Positions 19,275-28,109 of a DNA stretch of 64,000 bases are shown here, in pieces (the stretch's first letter is position 1; each line of letters opens with the position of its first letter). The translations under genes and the position numbers were made by a program. Below the pieces are notes generated by a model. It saw nothing but the letters and a program-made list of their open reading frames with translations. It searched no databases and was not told where the DNA came from. The DNA comes from Opitutales bacterium. Lineage in GTDB: Bacteria > Verrucomicrobiota > Verrucomicrobiia > Opitutales > UBA953. The stretch lies in the NCBI GenBank assembly GCA_017546455.1, contig JAFYWY010000038.1:18735-82734 (forward strand), in the 5' to 3' direction.

Positions 19275-19562
19275 TTAGACCGCGGCTTCGCCGACGATTT
19301 TAGCAGCCTGGACGATTCCGACAACGCGGAAGCGTTTCAGCTTGCTCATCGGACGCGTTTCCATGATTTCCACCTTGTCGCCGATGTTGCATTCATTCTT
19401 CTCGTCGTGAGCATGAATGACGGTCTTGCGTTTGATTTCCTTCCCGAGAATCGGGTGCGGTTTCTTATAAAAATACGTGACCTTTACGCTCTTATCGCCG
19501 GTTTTGCTAGTAACAACACCGATAAGAACTTTACGGGACGGACGTTTTTGTTCTTCAGACAT
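19275..19562 (-). CDS. rpsQ: 30S ribosomal protein S17
   Basis: VLIGVVTSKTGDKSVKV...HAHDEKNECNIGDKVEIMETRPMSKLKRF matches uS17, 95 aa. Confidence 0.9.
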   Translation of the reverse strand: MSEEQKRPSRKVLIGVVTSKTGDKSVKVTYFYKKPHPILGKEIKRKTVIHAHDEKNECNIGDKVEIMETRPMSKLKRFRVVGIVQAAKIVGEAAV

Positions 19563-19581
19563 GGTTAAATAATGTGGATGA

Positions 19582-19800
19582 TTAGTTTTGCGCTGCCGAC
19601 TTTTCGCCGAGAACGGTCATGATGCGAGCGTTCTCGCGACGAAGCGTGCGAATACGAGCCGGATTCTGAACCTGACCCGTCTGCGAACGCAGACGCAGGT
19701 TCAAGAGTTCCTCACGGTTTTCACGAAGCTTCTTGGAAAGTTCTTCCACGGAGTTTTCGCGAATTTTCGCGGCAGCAGTTTGTTTGTTTTGTGCGCTCAT
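19582..19800 (-). CDS. rpmC: 50S ribosomal protein L29
   Basis: 72 aa. SVEELSKKLRENREELLNLRLRSQTGQVQNPARIRTLRRENARI matches uL29. It lies between rplP and rpsQ. Confidence 0.9.
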   Translation of the reverse strand: MSAQNKQTAAAKIRENSVEELSKKLRENREELLNLRLRSQTGQVQNPARIRTLRRENARIMTVLGEKSAAQN

Positions 19801-19853
19801 TTTTGTGTGAAAGGGCGATAAAATAGTTTTCAGTCACAGAATGCAATACTTTT

Positions 19854-20285
19854 TTACAAGTAAAGCTCCTGTTGTTCACGGCTGATGAATCGGCAACGAA
19901 TCGGAAGCTTCGTGTCGGCAAGGCGCATAGCTTCGCGAGCTGCGGACAGCGGAACACCCGAAACTTCGAAGAGCATCGTTCCCGGGCGAATGATAGCAGC
20001 CCAGTATTCGACGTTACCCTTACCCGAGCCCATTCGGACTTCGGCCGGCTTTTGGGTGACCGGCTTGTGCGGGAACACGCGCATCCACATTTTTCCTTTA
20101 CGCTTCAAGCTGCGGGAAATGGCGACGCGAGCCGCTTCGAGTTGGGCTGCCGTCATACGGCAACGTTCCAAAGCCTGGATACCGAATTCGCCGAAAGCGA
20201 GATCGTTACAGGATTGAGCCGTTCCGTAAATACGTCCCTTTTGAACCTTACGGTATTTAACGCGAGATGGTTGAATGTTTGCCAT
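19854..20285 (-). CDS. rplP: 50S ribosomal protein L16
   Basis: PSRVKYRKVQKGR...FPHKPVTQKPAEVRMGSGKG matches uL16, 143 aa. Confidence 0.95.
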   Translation of the reverse strand: MANIQPSRVKYRKVQKGRIYGTAQSCNDLAFGEFGIQALERCRMTAAQLEAARVAISRSLKRKGKMWMRVFPHKPVTQKPAEVRMGSGKGNVEYWAAIIRPGTMLFEVSGVPLSAAREAMRLADTKLPIRCRFISREQQELYL

Positions 20286-20314
20286 TGGTTTTTCCTTTCT
20301 CTATAGGAGTGGAA

Positions 20315-20944
20315 TTAGATTTCAGATTCCTTCGTGCAGATCCAGCACTTGATTCCGAGCTTTCCGTAAACCGTGCTGGCTTCGGCGAACCCGTAGTCAA
20401 TGTTTTCGCGGAGGGTGTGCAGCGGAACGCGACCGACGCGAGCGGACTCAACGCGGGCGATTTCTGCGCCGCCGAGACGACCTGCGATGCGGAGACGAAT
20501 GCCGTCAGCGCCCATGCTCATCGTAGCCTGGATAGCCTTCTTCATTGCACGGCGGAACGCGATACGGCGTTCGAGCTGGAGAGCAATGTTTTCCGCAACG
20601 AGCTGTGCGACGAGGTCCGGCTTCTTGATTTCCTGGATGTCGAGGATGACGTCCTTGCCCGAGAGCTTGGCGAGATCGTCGCGCAGCTTTTCGAGTTCTC
20701 CGCCCTTACGACCGATGACAACGCCCGGCTTCGCGGTGAAAATCTTCACGCGGATGCGAGCACCCGCACGTTCGATCGAAATCGAGGGAACGCCTGCCTG
20801 ACGCAGCTTTTCACGAAGGAACTCACGAATTTCGTAGTCGCTCTTGATGTTCGCGGGGAACGTCTTCTTGTCTGCGAACCAGCGAGATTCCCAGTTGCGG
20901 CGAACCGCGAGACGAAAACCGATAGGATTTGTTTTCTGACCCAT
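20315..20944 (-). CDS. rpsC: 30S ribosomal protein S3
   Basis: MGQKTNPIGFRLAVRRNWESRWF matches uS3, 209 aa. Confidence 0.95.
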   Translation of the reverse strand: MGQKTNPIGFRLAVRRNWESRWFADKKTFPANIKSDYEIREFLREKLRQAGVPSISIERAGARIRVKIFTAKPGVVIGRKGGELEKLRDDLAKLSGKDVILDIQEIKKPDLVAQLVAENIALQLERRIAFRRAMKKAIQATMSMGADGIRLRIAGRLGGAEIARVESARVGRVPLHTLRENIDYGFAEASTVYGKLGIKCWICTKESEI

Positions 20945-20963
20945 AGTCTAAAATTGCGGATGG

Positions 20964-21299
20964 TTATTTCTTATCGCCGACCACAATCGTGATGTGGCAG
21001 GTGGATTTGCGAATCGGATGCGCGCTGCCTTTCGCCGTCGGGCGGAAACGCTTCAGCATCGGACCCTGCCCGGCCGTAGCAGCAACAACGACCAAATCCT
21101 TGGCGGAGAGATTGTTGTTGTTTTCGGCGTTAGCAATGGCACTGTTGAGCGTCTTAGCCAGCAGGCGAGCGGATTTACGCGGAATAAAACGGAGAAGATC
21201 TGCCGCTTCGAGTACCGGGCGACCTTGAATTTGGCGTGCAACGTCACGCACCTTAGCCGGCGTCATGCGTGCAAACTTGGTAATAGCTTTAACTTCCAT
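20964..21299 (-). CDS. rplV: 50S ribosomal protein L22
   Basis: ARMTPAKVRDVARQIQGRPV...AKGSAHPIRKSTCHITIVV matches uL22, 111 aa. Confidence 0.95.
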   Translation of the reverse strand: MEVKAITKFARMTPAKVRDVARQIQGRPVLEAADLLRFIPRKSARLLAKTLNSAIANAENNNNLSAKDLVVVAATAGQGPMLKRFRPTAKGSAHPIRKSTCHITIVVGDKK

Positions 21300-21310
21300 G
21301 TGGAACTAAG

Positions 21311-21661
21311 TTAAAAAGTAATGGTTTTGAGTCTGACCGAATCTCCGGTCAAAATCGTTTGATTGGTATTGAGTTGTGTAATCAGCGCGACGGCGTGTTC
21401 CGCATCGGATTCTGCAATAATGAGTTCCGCGACGGAATCGCCGTTGCGTTCGACGACGCAAAGCGCTCCCGTGCAGAAATTCTTTTCCATTCCCGAATCG
21501 AGGAGCACTAAGTCGGCATTCGTTCCCGCAGCCACCTTTTGAACCGAAGCAAGTCCTTCCGAGGCAATCTCGTAGGACAGGACCTTGGCAAAAAGCGTTC
21601 CCGCAAGCCCGATAAACATCAGACTTGCGATAACCATTGCGACTGCGGAACGCGATTTCAC
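21311..21661 (-). CDS. Hypothetical exported or membrane-anchored small protein inserted in the S10 operon
   Basis: 116 codons with a GTG start (cac at 21659-21661), 3 nt after the rpsS stop. Its stop is 11 nt before the rplV ATG. The N-terminus MKSR plus AVAMVIASLMFIGLAGTLFA looks like a signal peptide or signal anchor. The remaining roughly 90 aa match no family I recognise. The tight same-strand packing argues that it is a real gene. Confidence 0.6.
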   Translation of the reverse strand: MKSRSAVAMVIASLMFIGLAGTLFAKVLSYEIASEGLASVQKVAAGTNADLVLLDSGMEKNFCTGALCVVERNGDSVAELIIAESDAEHAVALITQLNTNQTILTGDSVRLKTITF

Positions 21662-21664
21662 GAA

Positions 21665-21940
21665 TTAGACAGCTTTCTTCGTAGGTGCCGTGTGAGCCTT
21701 GAACGTACGCGTCGGCGCAAATTCACCGAGCTTGTGGCCAACCATGTTTTCCGTCACGTACACGGGAACGAAAACCTTCCCGTTGTGAACGTTGAGGTTG
21801 AGTCCGACAAAGTCCGGCGTCACCGTGGAGCGACGCGACCAGGTTTTGATCGGCTTGTGGTCTCCGGCCTTCTGTGCCGCCTGCACCTTCTCCATGAGAG
21901 AAGCTTCGACGTAAAAGCCTTTTTTGATTGAACGTGCCAT
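21665..21940 (-). CDS. rpsS: 30S ribosomal protein S19
   Basis: [19 protein letters not shown]...[29 protein letters not shown] matches uS19, 91 aa. Confidence 0.95.
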   Translation of the reverse strand: MARSIKKGFYVEASLMEKVQAAQKAGDHKPIKTWSRRSTVTPDFVGLNLNVHNGKVFVPVYVTENMVGHKLGEFAPTRTFKAHTAPTKKAV

Positions 21941-21946
21941 TGTCTA

Positions 21947-22804
21947 TTAGCCCTTCTTAACTTTGCGTCCGTTACGACGAACAATAATATGAACGTTCGT
22001 GGACTTGGATTTGATACGCGTCGGGAAGCCTTTCGCGAGTTGTCCCCACGGCGAGCAGAGGTGCTGACGACCGCCGCCGCCCTTGGACTTACCCTGACCC
22101 CCGCCGTTCGGGTGGTCAACCGGATTCATGACCATACCGCGGACACGCGGACGACGTCCGAGCCAACGGTTGCGACCGGCCTTACCGAGCGTGCGGTTGT
22201 AGTGTTCACCGTTTCCGACATAGCCGATCGTCGCGCGGCAATCCGCGTTCAGATAGCGTTGTTCGCCGGAGGGCATCTTAACGATCGCGAGGTCACCTTC
22301 GATACCGAGCAACTGGGCGGCATTACCTGCGGAGCGGGCGATGCGGGCCTTCTGGCCGGGTTCCATCTGGATAGCATGGATGAAGGTTGCGGGAGCGATG
22401 TAGCGGAGCTTGACCGTGCAGCCCGGGTTGAATTCGTCAACCGGATTCATCGTCGAAATGACGGTGTCGCCGACGTTCAGACCTTCGGGAGCGAGAATGT
22501 AAGCCTTTTCGCCGTCCGTGTACTGGATGAGCGCCAAATTCGCGGAGCGGTTCGGATCGTATTCGATCGCGAGCACGGTCGCCGGAATTTCAACTTTCGC
22601 ACGACGGAAGTCGACCAAGCGATAAAGACGCTTGTGTCCTCCTCCGCGACGACGCGAAGTGATGCGACCGTTGTTGTTGCGGCCGCCGGTGCGGTTCTTG
22701 GATTCAACCAAGTCTTTTTCCGGACGCTTCTTGGCGAGGTCCTGCTTGTTGCGGACGAGGAAGCGCTGCGAAGGCGTGAGCGGACGATTAGATTTGAGTG
22801 CCAT
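21947..22804 (-). CDS. rplB: 50S ribosomal protein L2
   Basis: 285 aa. [15 protein letters not shown] and [20 protein letters not shown] match uL2. Confidence 0.95.
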   Translation of the reverse strand: MALKSNRPLTPSQRFLVRNKQDLAKKRPEKDLVESKNRTGGRNNNGRITSRRRGGGHKRLYRLVDFRRAKVEIPATVLAIEYDPNRSANLALIQYTDGEKAYILAPEGLNVGDTVISTMNPVDEFNPGCTVKLRYIAPATFIHAIQMEPGQKARIARSAGNAAQLLGIEGDLAIVKMPSGEQRYLNADCRATIGYVGNGEHYNRTLGKAGRNRWLGRRPRVRGMVMNPVDHPNGGGQGKSKGGGGRQHLCSPWGQLAKGFPTRIKSKSTNVHIIVRRNGRKVKKG

Positions 22805-22830
22805 ATTATATGTTCCTCTATCTTAAAACG

Positions 22831-23118
22831 TTAAATGAGTTCAATCTTGTCACCCTTCTTGAGCGTGACGATTGCTTTTTTAACATCCGGAGCCTTGATG
22901 ACTTCACCGCGCTTCGTGCGGGATTGCTTCACCTTGCCCTTGGTGTTGACGACGTGGACGCGTTCGACGGTGACCTTGAAGGTCGCTTCAACCGCCTTGG
23001 CGATTTCCGGTTTTTCCGCGTTCGGGTAAACTTCAAAAACGTACTTATTCGCTTCCGCGAGAACAGCCGTTTTTTCGGAGACGAGCGGACGTTTGAGGAC
23101 GCTGTATGCAGATTTCAT
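22831..23118 (-). CDS. rplW: 50S ribosomal protein L23
   Basis: 95 aa. VLKRPLVSEKT...KAIVTLKKGDKIEL matches uL23. Confidence 0.9.
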   Translation of the reverse strand: MKSAYSVLKRPLVSEKTAVLAEANKYVFEVYPNAEKPEIAKAVEATFKVTVERVHVVNTKGKVKQSRTKRGEVIKAPDVKKAIVTLKKGDKIELI

Positions 23119-23132
23119 AGTGAATATTCTCC

Positions 23133-23753
23133 TTATTGAGCGCGTTCGATGAGTTTCTGCAAGCCCTGTTCGCTGACCAGTACCTGGTCAAATGCAACGA
23201 GGTCCAACGCATTGAGCGTTGCGGCATCCGTAACGGAGACGCGCTCGATATTGCGGATGGAGAGCACCGTGTTGTCGTCCCAAGCTTCGGAAACGATCAG
23301 CATCTTCCCCTTCGGGAAAACCTTCGAGAAGACGGCATTCATGAGCTTCGTCTTCGGCTCGGTGGCTTCAAAGCGTTCGATGACGTTCAGGCCGCCTTCG
23401 TTAGCGAGATCGACGAGAGCACGCGCAAAAGCGAGCTTCTTCATCTTGGAATTGATCGACTTGGACCAATCGCGGGGACGCGGGCCGAAAACAACGCCGC
23501 CCTTGTAGAGCTGCGGAGCGCGCTTGTCGCCGTGACGAGCACCGCCGGAACCCTTCTGCGGGCCCTGTTTCTTACCGGAGCCGGCGACTTCGCCGTAGTC
23601 CTTGGTCTTGGCACTGCCCTGGCGCAGATTCGCCTGGTAGGCAACGATAGCCTGTTTCAACGCTGCAACGCCCTTGCCTTCTTCAAGCTGCGGGAGAGCA
23701 AATTCTTTTTCGGTGCAGGAGCTTCCGTCAACTGTGTAAACTTTAAGTTTCAT
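23133..23753 (-). CDS. rplD: 50S ribosomal protein L4
   Basis: 206 aa. GSGKKQGPQKGSGGARHGDKRAPQLYKGGVVFGPRPRDW matches uL4. Confidence 0.95.
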   Translation of the reverse strand: MKLKVYTVDGSSCTEKEFALPQLEEGKGVAALKQAIVAYQANLRQGSAKTKDYGEVAGSGKKQGPQKGSGGARHGDKRAPQLYKGGVVFGPRPRDWSKSINSKMKKLAFARALVDLANEGGLNVIERFEATEPKTKLMNAVFSKVFPKGKMLIVSEAWDDNTVLSIRNIERVSVTDAATLNALDLVAFDQVLVSEQGLQKLIERAQ

Positions 23754-23766
23754 CGTTCAGTTCTCC

Positions 23767-24402
23767 TTATTTTGCTTTTTTAGCTTCACGAACGTACACG
23801 AGGTCTCCGTTCGCACCGGGGATGCTACCCTTGATGAGAATGAGATTCTGATCTTCAACGATCTTGACGACCGTAAGATTCTGCGTCGTGCGACGAACCT
23901 GGCCCATGTGACCCGGCATGTCTTTTCCTTTGAAGACGTGACCCGGCGTCTGACGCATCCCGATGGAACCCGGGCGGCGGTGCATCATGTGACCGTGGGA
24001 AGCCGGCTGTCCGGCTTGGTTGTGACGCTTAACGTTACCTTGGAAACCGCGACCCTTGGTCGTTCCGATAACGTCAACAATTTGACCTTCTTTGAAAGTC
24101 GTGACGGTAAGGACGTCACCGACCTTGTATTCGGGAGCTTTGTCGTCAAAGCGGATTTCGCTCAACACGGCGTGCGTGTCGATACCGGCTTTGGCAAAAT
24201 GCCCTTGAACGGGCTTTGTCAAACGCTCTTTTTTCTGGGCGCCGTAGGCAATTTGTACGGCATTGTATCCGTCAGACTCGGTGGTCTTGACTTGAACAAC
24301 AGGGCACGGACCCGCTTGAACCACGGTCACGGGAACGAGGTTGTCGTTCCCGTCGTAGATTTGGGTCATCCCAATTTTTTTGCCAATCAGTTGTAACTTC
24401 AT
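23767..24402 (-). CDS. rplC: 50S ribosomal protein L3
   Basis: 211 aa. LIGKKIGMTQIYD and KGRGFQGNVKRHN match uL3. Confidence 0.95.
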   Translation of the reverse strand: MKLQLIGKKIGMTQIYDGNDNLVPVTVVQAGPCPVVQVKTTESDGYNAVQIAYGAQKKERLTKPVQGHFAKAGIDTHAVLSEIRFDDKAPEYKVGDVLTVTTFKEGQIVDVIGTTKGRGFQGNVKRHNQAGQPASHGHMMHRRPGSIGMRQTPGHVFKGKDMPGHMGQVRRTTQNLTVVKIVEDQNLILIKGSIPGANGDLVYVREAKKAK

Positions 24403-24548
24403 TTTGTCTAAGAGGCAGGTGGAGGTTTAATTCCGTTTGCACAGACCTGCTTTAGGCTGCTAAATCTCGTTTTATGTCGATTCTTTTACAGTCCTAAGCC
24501 TATCCGAAAAACGAAAATTTTTCAGTTATTGATTACGGTTTAGCAGGA

Positions 24549-24857
24549 TTAGACATTAATGCTAATGTCTACGCCTGCGGGAAGATTCAGTTTCTTGAGT
24601 TCATCGACCGTTTGAGCGGTCGGACCGATGATGTCGATCAGGCGCTTGTGAGTGCGCTGTTCGAATTGATCCATCGATTTCTTGTCAACGTGCGGCGAGC
24701 GGTTAACCGTCCAACGCTCGATAGAGGTCGGAAGCGGCACCGGGCCGGAAACGCGAGCGCCAGTGCGCTTCGCGGTTTCGACGATATCGCCGGCAGATTG
24801 ATCGATTACTCGATAGTCAAAGCCTTTGAGTTTAATACGAATTTTTTGACGAGCCAT
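24549..24857 (-). CDS. rpsJ: 30S ribosomal protein S10
   Basis: [44 protein letters not shown] matches uS10, 102 aa. Confidence 0.95.
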   Translation of the reverse strand: MARQKIRIKLKGFDYRVIDQSAGDIVETAKRTGARVSGPVPLPTSIERWTVNRSPHVDKKSMDQFEQRTHKRLIDIIGPTAQTVDELKKLNLPAGVDISINV

Positions 24858-24886
24858 AGCTGTAAAAACTGAAGTTAAATGTTAGA

Positions 24887-27037
24887 TTACGAGCGAGCCG
24901 GAGCGCGGGAAGCCGTTTCGACGATTTCCTTGAGAACGTTCGAGGGCACCTGTTCGAAGTGGTCCGGTTCCATCGTGTAGGAAGCGCGGCCCTTGGAGAG
25001 GGAGCGGACGTCCGTGGCATAGCCGAACATCGTCTGGAGCGGAACCATCGCGTTGATGGTGCAGATACCGTTCTTGGTTTCCATGTTCTGGATTTGACCG
25101 CGGCGGCGGTTCAAGTCGCCCATGATATCGCCCTGGTATTCTTCCGGCGTAACGACTTCGACCTTCGTAATCGGTTCGAGGAGGATCGGAGCAGCCTTTG
25201 CCATAGCATCCTTGAGAGCGAAGATACCCGCCATCTTAAATGCCATTTCGGAGGAGTCGACTTCGTGGAAGGAACCGAAGACGATGCGAGCCTTGAAGTC
25301 GATGACCGGGTAGCCGGCAATCGTACCGTTGTTCGCCGCTTCCTGGATACCTTCGATCGTCGGCTTGATGTATTCCTTCGGGATGACGCCACCGACGATT
25401 TCGTTGATGACTTCGATACCCTTGCCCGGATTCGGTTCGATTTCGATTTCGGCGTGACCGTACTGACCGCGACCGCCGGACTGGCGGACGAATTTACCGA
25501 TACCGCGGGAGTTGCCCGTGATCGTTTCGCGGTAGGAGATCTGCGGACGGCCGGACTTAGCTTCAACCTTGAATTCGCGACGCAGACGGTCAACGATAAT
25601 GTCGAGGTGGAGCTCACCCATACCGGAGATGATGGTTTGTCCCGTTTCCTGGTCGGAGGAGACGCGGAAGGTCGGGTCTTCCTGAGCGAGGCGCTGCAGA
25701 CCGATGGAAAGCTTTTCCTGGTCAGCCTTGGTCGCCGGCTCAATAGCCATCGAGATAACCGGTTCCGGGAAGGACGGCGGTTCGAGGATGATATCTTCTT
25801 CACGCGTGCAGAGCGTGTCACCCGTCACGATTTCCTTCGGGCCGATAACGGCACAGATGTCTCCGGAGTAAGCCGTGTCGATTTCTTCGCGGTCCATAGC
25901 CTTCATGATCATGAGGCGGGAAACGCGTTCCGTCTTGCGGGTGCGCGGGTTGTAGAGAGCGTCACCCTTCTTGAGCGTACCGCGGTAAACACGGAAGAAG
26001 ACGAGCTGTCCGACATACGGGTCAGACCAAAGCTTGAAGCAGAGGCCGAGCGGCTTTGCGTGGTCGTCCGGTTCAACGCCGATTTCGGTTTCACCGTCGT
26101 CCTTAAACGCCTTCATCGGCGGAAGGTCGAGCGGGGACGGCAGGTAGTCGACAACGCAGTCGAGCACCATCTGGACGCCCTTGTTCTTGAAGGAGGAACC
26201 CGGGATAACACCGACGAATTCGAGGGAGAGCGTGGCCTTACGAATAGCGACGCGGAGCTCGTCAGCGGTGATATCTTCGCCGCCGAGGTACTTTTCGGCG
26301 ATCGTGTCGTCGAAGTCGGAAACGGCTTCGATGAGGCCTTCGCGGTACTTGTCGTAGTCCGCCTTCATGTCGGCCGGGACTTCCGTGATCGTGTAGCGCA
26401 TGCCCTTCGGGTCGGTTTCGTCGTAGACGTAAGCGCAGCCCTTGACGAGGTCGATGAGTCCGGCAAAGGATTCGCCGGCGCCGATCGGGATGTAAAGCGG
26501 GTGAGCGTTGCCGCGGAGTTTTTCGCGGATGCCGTCGACGGCATTGAAGAAGTCAGCGCCCGTACGGTCCATCTTGTTGATGTAGGCAATACGCGGAACG
26601 CTGTACTTGTTCATCTGGCGCCACACCGTTTCGGACTGGGGCTGCACACCGGCAACCGCACAGAAAACGGCGACCGCACCGTCGAGCACACGGAGCGAGC
26701 GTTCGACTTCGGCCGTGAAGTCCACGTGGCCGGGCGTGTCGATAACGTTCAAGCGGTGCGGGATTTTTGCAAACGGACCGTCAGCAACCGTCCATCCGCA
26801 GGAAACAGCGGCGGAGGTAATCGTGATACCACGTTCCTGTTCCTGTTCCATCCAGTCGGTCGTAGCAGCGCCTTCGTGGACTTCACCCGTTTTGTGGATG
26901 ACGCCCGCGTAGAAGAGAATACGTTCGGAGGTCGTGGTCTTGCCTGCGTCGATGTGAGCGGCAATACCGAAGTTACGTGTGTATTCCAACGGAGCTTTAC
27001 GTCCGGTGGAGTTTTTGCTGGAAAGTGCGGCGGCCAT
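24887..27037 (-). CDS. fusA: Elongation factor G
   Basis: 716 aa. G motifs AHIDAGKTTTSERIL, DTPGHVDF and NKMDR are present. It lies between rpsG and rpsJ. Confidence 0.95.
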   Translation of the reverse strand: MAAALSSKNSTGRKAPLEYTRNFGIAAHIDAGKTTTSERILFYAGVIHKTGEVHEGAATTDWMEQEQERGITITSAAVSCGWTVADGPFAKIPHRLNVIDTPGHVDFTAEVERSLRVLDGAVAVFCAVAGVQPQSETVWRQMNKYSVPRIAYINKMDRTGADFFNAVDGIREKLRGNAHPLYIPIGAGESFAGLIDLVKGCAYVYDETDPKGMRYTITEVPADMKADYDKYREGLIEAVSDFDDTIAEKYLGGEDITADELRVAIRKATLSLEFVGVIPGSSFKNKGVQMVLDCVVDYLPSPLDLPPMKAFKDDGETEIGVEPDDHAKPLGLCFKLWSDPYVGQLVFFRVYRGTLKKGDALYNPRTRKTERVSRLMIMKAMDREEIDTAYSGDICAVIGPKEIVTGDTLCTREEDIILEPPSFPEPVISMAIEPATKADQEKLSIGLQRLAQEDPTFRVSSDQETGQTIISGMGELHLDIIVDRLRREFKVEAKSGRPQISYRETITGNSRGIGKFVRQSGGRGQYGHAEIEIEPNPGKGIEVINEIVGGVIPKEYIKPTIEGIQEAANNGTIAGYPVIDFKARIVFGSFHEVDSSEMAFKMAGIFALKDAMAKAAPILLEPITKVEVVTPEEYQGDIMGDLNRRRGQIQNMETKNGICTINAMVPLQTMFGYATDVRSLSKGRASYTMEPDHFEQVPSNVLKEIVETASRAPARS

Positions 27038-27068
27038 TGTAAATATGCTCGACTTTTTCGGTTAAAAA

Positions 27069-27548
27069 TTAGTTACCCCAGCGGAGGTGTGCAAACGCAC
27101 GGTTCGCCTGGGCCATCTTGTGGGTTTCTTCGCGTTTCTTGACAACCGTCCCCGTGTTGTTGTAAGCATCGATGAATTCGGCTGCCAACGATTCCGTCAT
27201 CGGCTGTCCTTTACGGGCAGAAGCTGCATTCACGAGCCAACGGAAAGCCATGCTCGTCTGGCGTTCGTGGGAGATTTCGACCGGAACCTGGTAGGTAACA
27301 CCACCGACGCGGCGGCTCTTGACTTCCAGTTTCGGGCGGCAGTTTTCGAGAGCGCCGAGGAGGAGTTCCATCGGATCACCCTTTTCAAGTTTTTCGCTGA
27401 CGCGTTCGATCGCGCCATAGACAATGCGCTGAGCGACAGTCTTCTTGCCGTTTTTCATAACGACATTGATGAGCTGGCTCACGAGCGGGCTGTTGTAACG
27501 TGCATCCGGTTGGTGCACCTTTTTCGTTGCTTTACGACGACGTGACAT
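27069..27548 (-). CDS. rpsG: 30S ribosomal protein S7
   Basis: MSRRRKATKKVHQPDARYNS...AFAHLRW matches uS7, 159 aa. Confidence 0.95.
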   Translation of the reverse strand: MSRRRKATKKVHQPDARYNSPLVSQLINVVMKNGKKTVAQRIVYGAIERVSEKLEKGDPMELLLGALENCRPKLEVKSRRVGGVTYQVPVEISHERQTSMAFRWLVNAASARKGQPMTESLAAEFIDAYNNTGTVVKKREETHKMAQANRAFAHLRWGN

Positions 27549-27572
27549 TGCAATAGTCTCCTATAGCTTAAA

Positions 27573-27953
27573 TTATTTTCCGCCCTTCGGACGCTTAACG
27601 CCGTATTTAGAGCGGCTGCGACGACGCTTTTCAACGCCTGCGCAGTCGAGCGGACCGCGAACAATGTGGTAACGCACACCCGGCAAGTCCTTAACACGAC
27701 CGCCGCGGATCAGCACGACGCTGTGTTCCTGGAGCTTGTGTCCTTCGTCCGGGATGTAGGAAATGACTTCCGTTCCCGTCGTGAGGCGAACCTTCGCGAC
27801 TTTACGTTGAGCGGAGTTCGGCTTTTTAGGCGTACGCGTCATAACCTGAATGCAGACGCCGCGTTTGAACGGCGAGCAATTCAAGGCGGGTGATTTCGAC
27901 TTGATGTTGGCTTTAGCCCGCGGCTTGCGGACGAGTTGATTGATTGTTGGCAT
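27573..27953 (-). CDS. rpsL: 30S ribosomal protein S12
   Basis: [12 protein letters not shown]...[16 protein letters not shown]...[13 protein letters not shown] matches uS12, 126 aa. Confidence 0.95.
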   Translation of the reverse strand: MPTINQLVRKPRAKANIKSKSPALNCSPFKRGVCIQVMTRTPKKPNSAQRKVAKVRLTTGTEVISYIPDEGHKLQEHSVVLIRGGRVKDLPGVRYHIVRGPLDCAGVEKRRRSRSKYGVKRPKGGK

Positions 27954-28109
27954 GTCCTAAACTTGAAATTGAAATAAAAAGGAACGTTGAAAAAAAAGCA
28001 TTTGGCAACAAGATGCAAGATTTTTTTGATAAATTTAAAAATTTTCTTGCTTATTATTAAAAAAAATTTCAGTTGCACTCCTCCCTCCTCTCCCCGTAGC
28101 ATCTTCCCC
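27954..28109. promoter_or_regulatory. AT-rich divergent intergenic region; probable promoters for rpsL (minus) and the GYF-domain gene (plus)
   Basis: 156 nt that are conspicuously AT-rich against GC-rich flanks. It has A8 runs (27990-27997, 28059-28066), a T7 run (28021-28027) and a ttgata hexamer at 28026-28031. The TTG-initiated ORF-track extension through this region is K/I/L low complexity. I cannot assign exact -35/-10 boxes by eye. Confidence 0.5.

Noticed and set aside
24959-27142. 727-aa plus-strand ORF opposite fusA (running into rpsG)
   Set aside because: EF-G is unambiguous on the minus strand. The plus ORF spans two genes plus their spacer and has no motifs.
27987-28109. TTG-initiated N-terminal extension of the GYF-domain ORF, plus similar track extensions at 30827 (typA), 43440 (ptsH), 59496 (ferredoxin) and 59687 (purM)
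   Set aside because: The extensions are low complexity or lack counterparts in the respective families. Each has an in-frame ATG that gives a canonical N-terminus.
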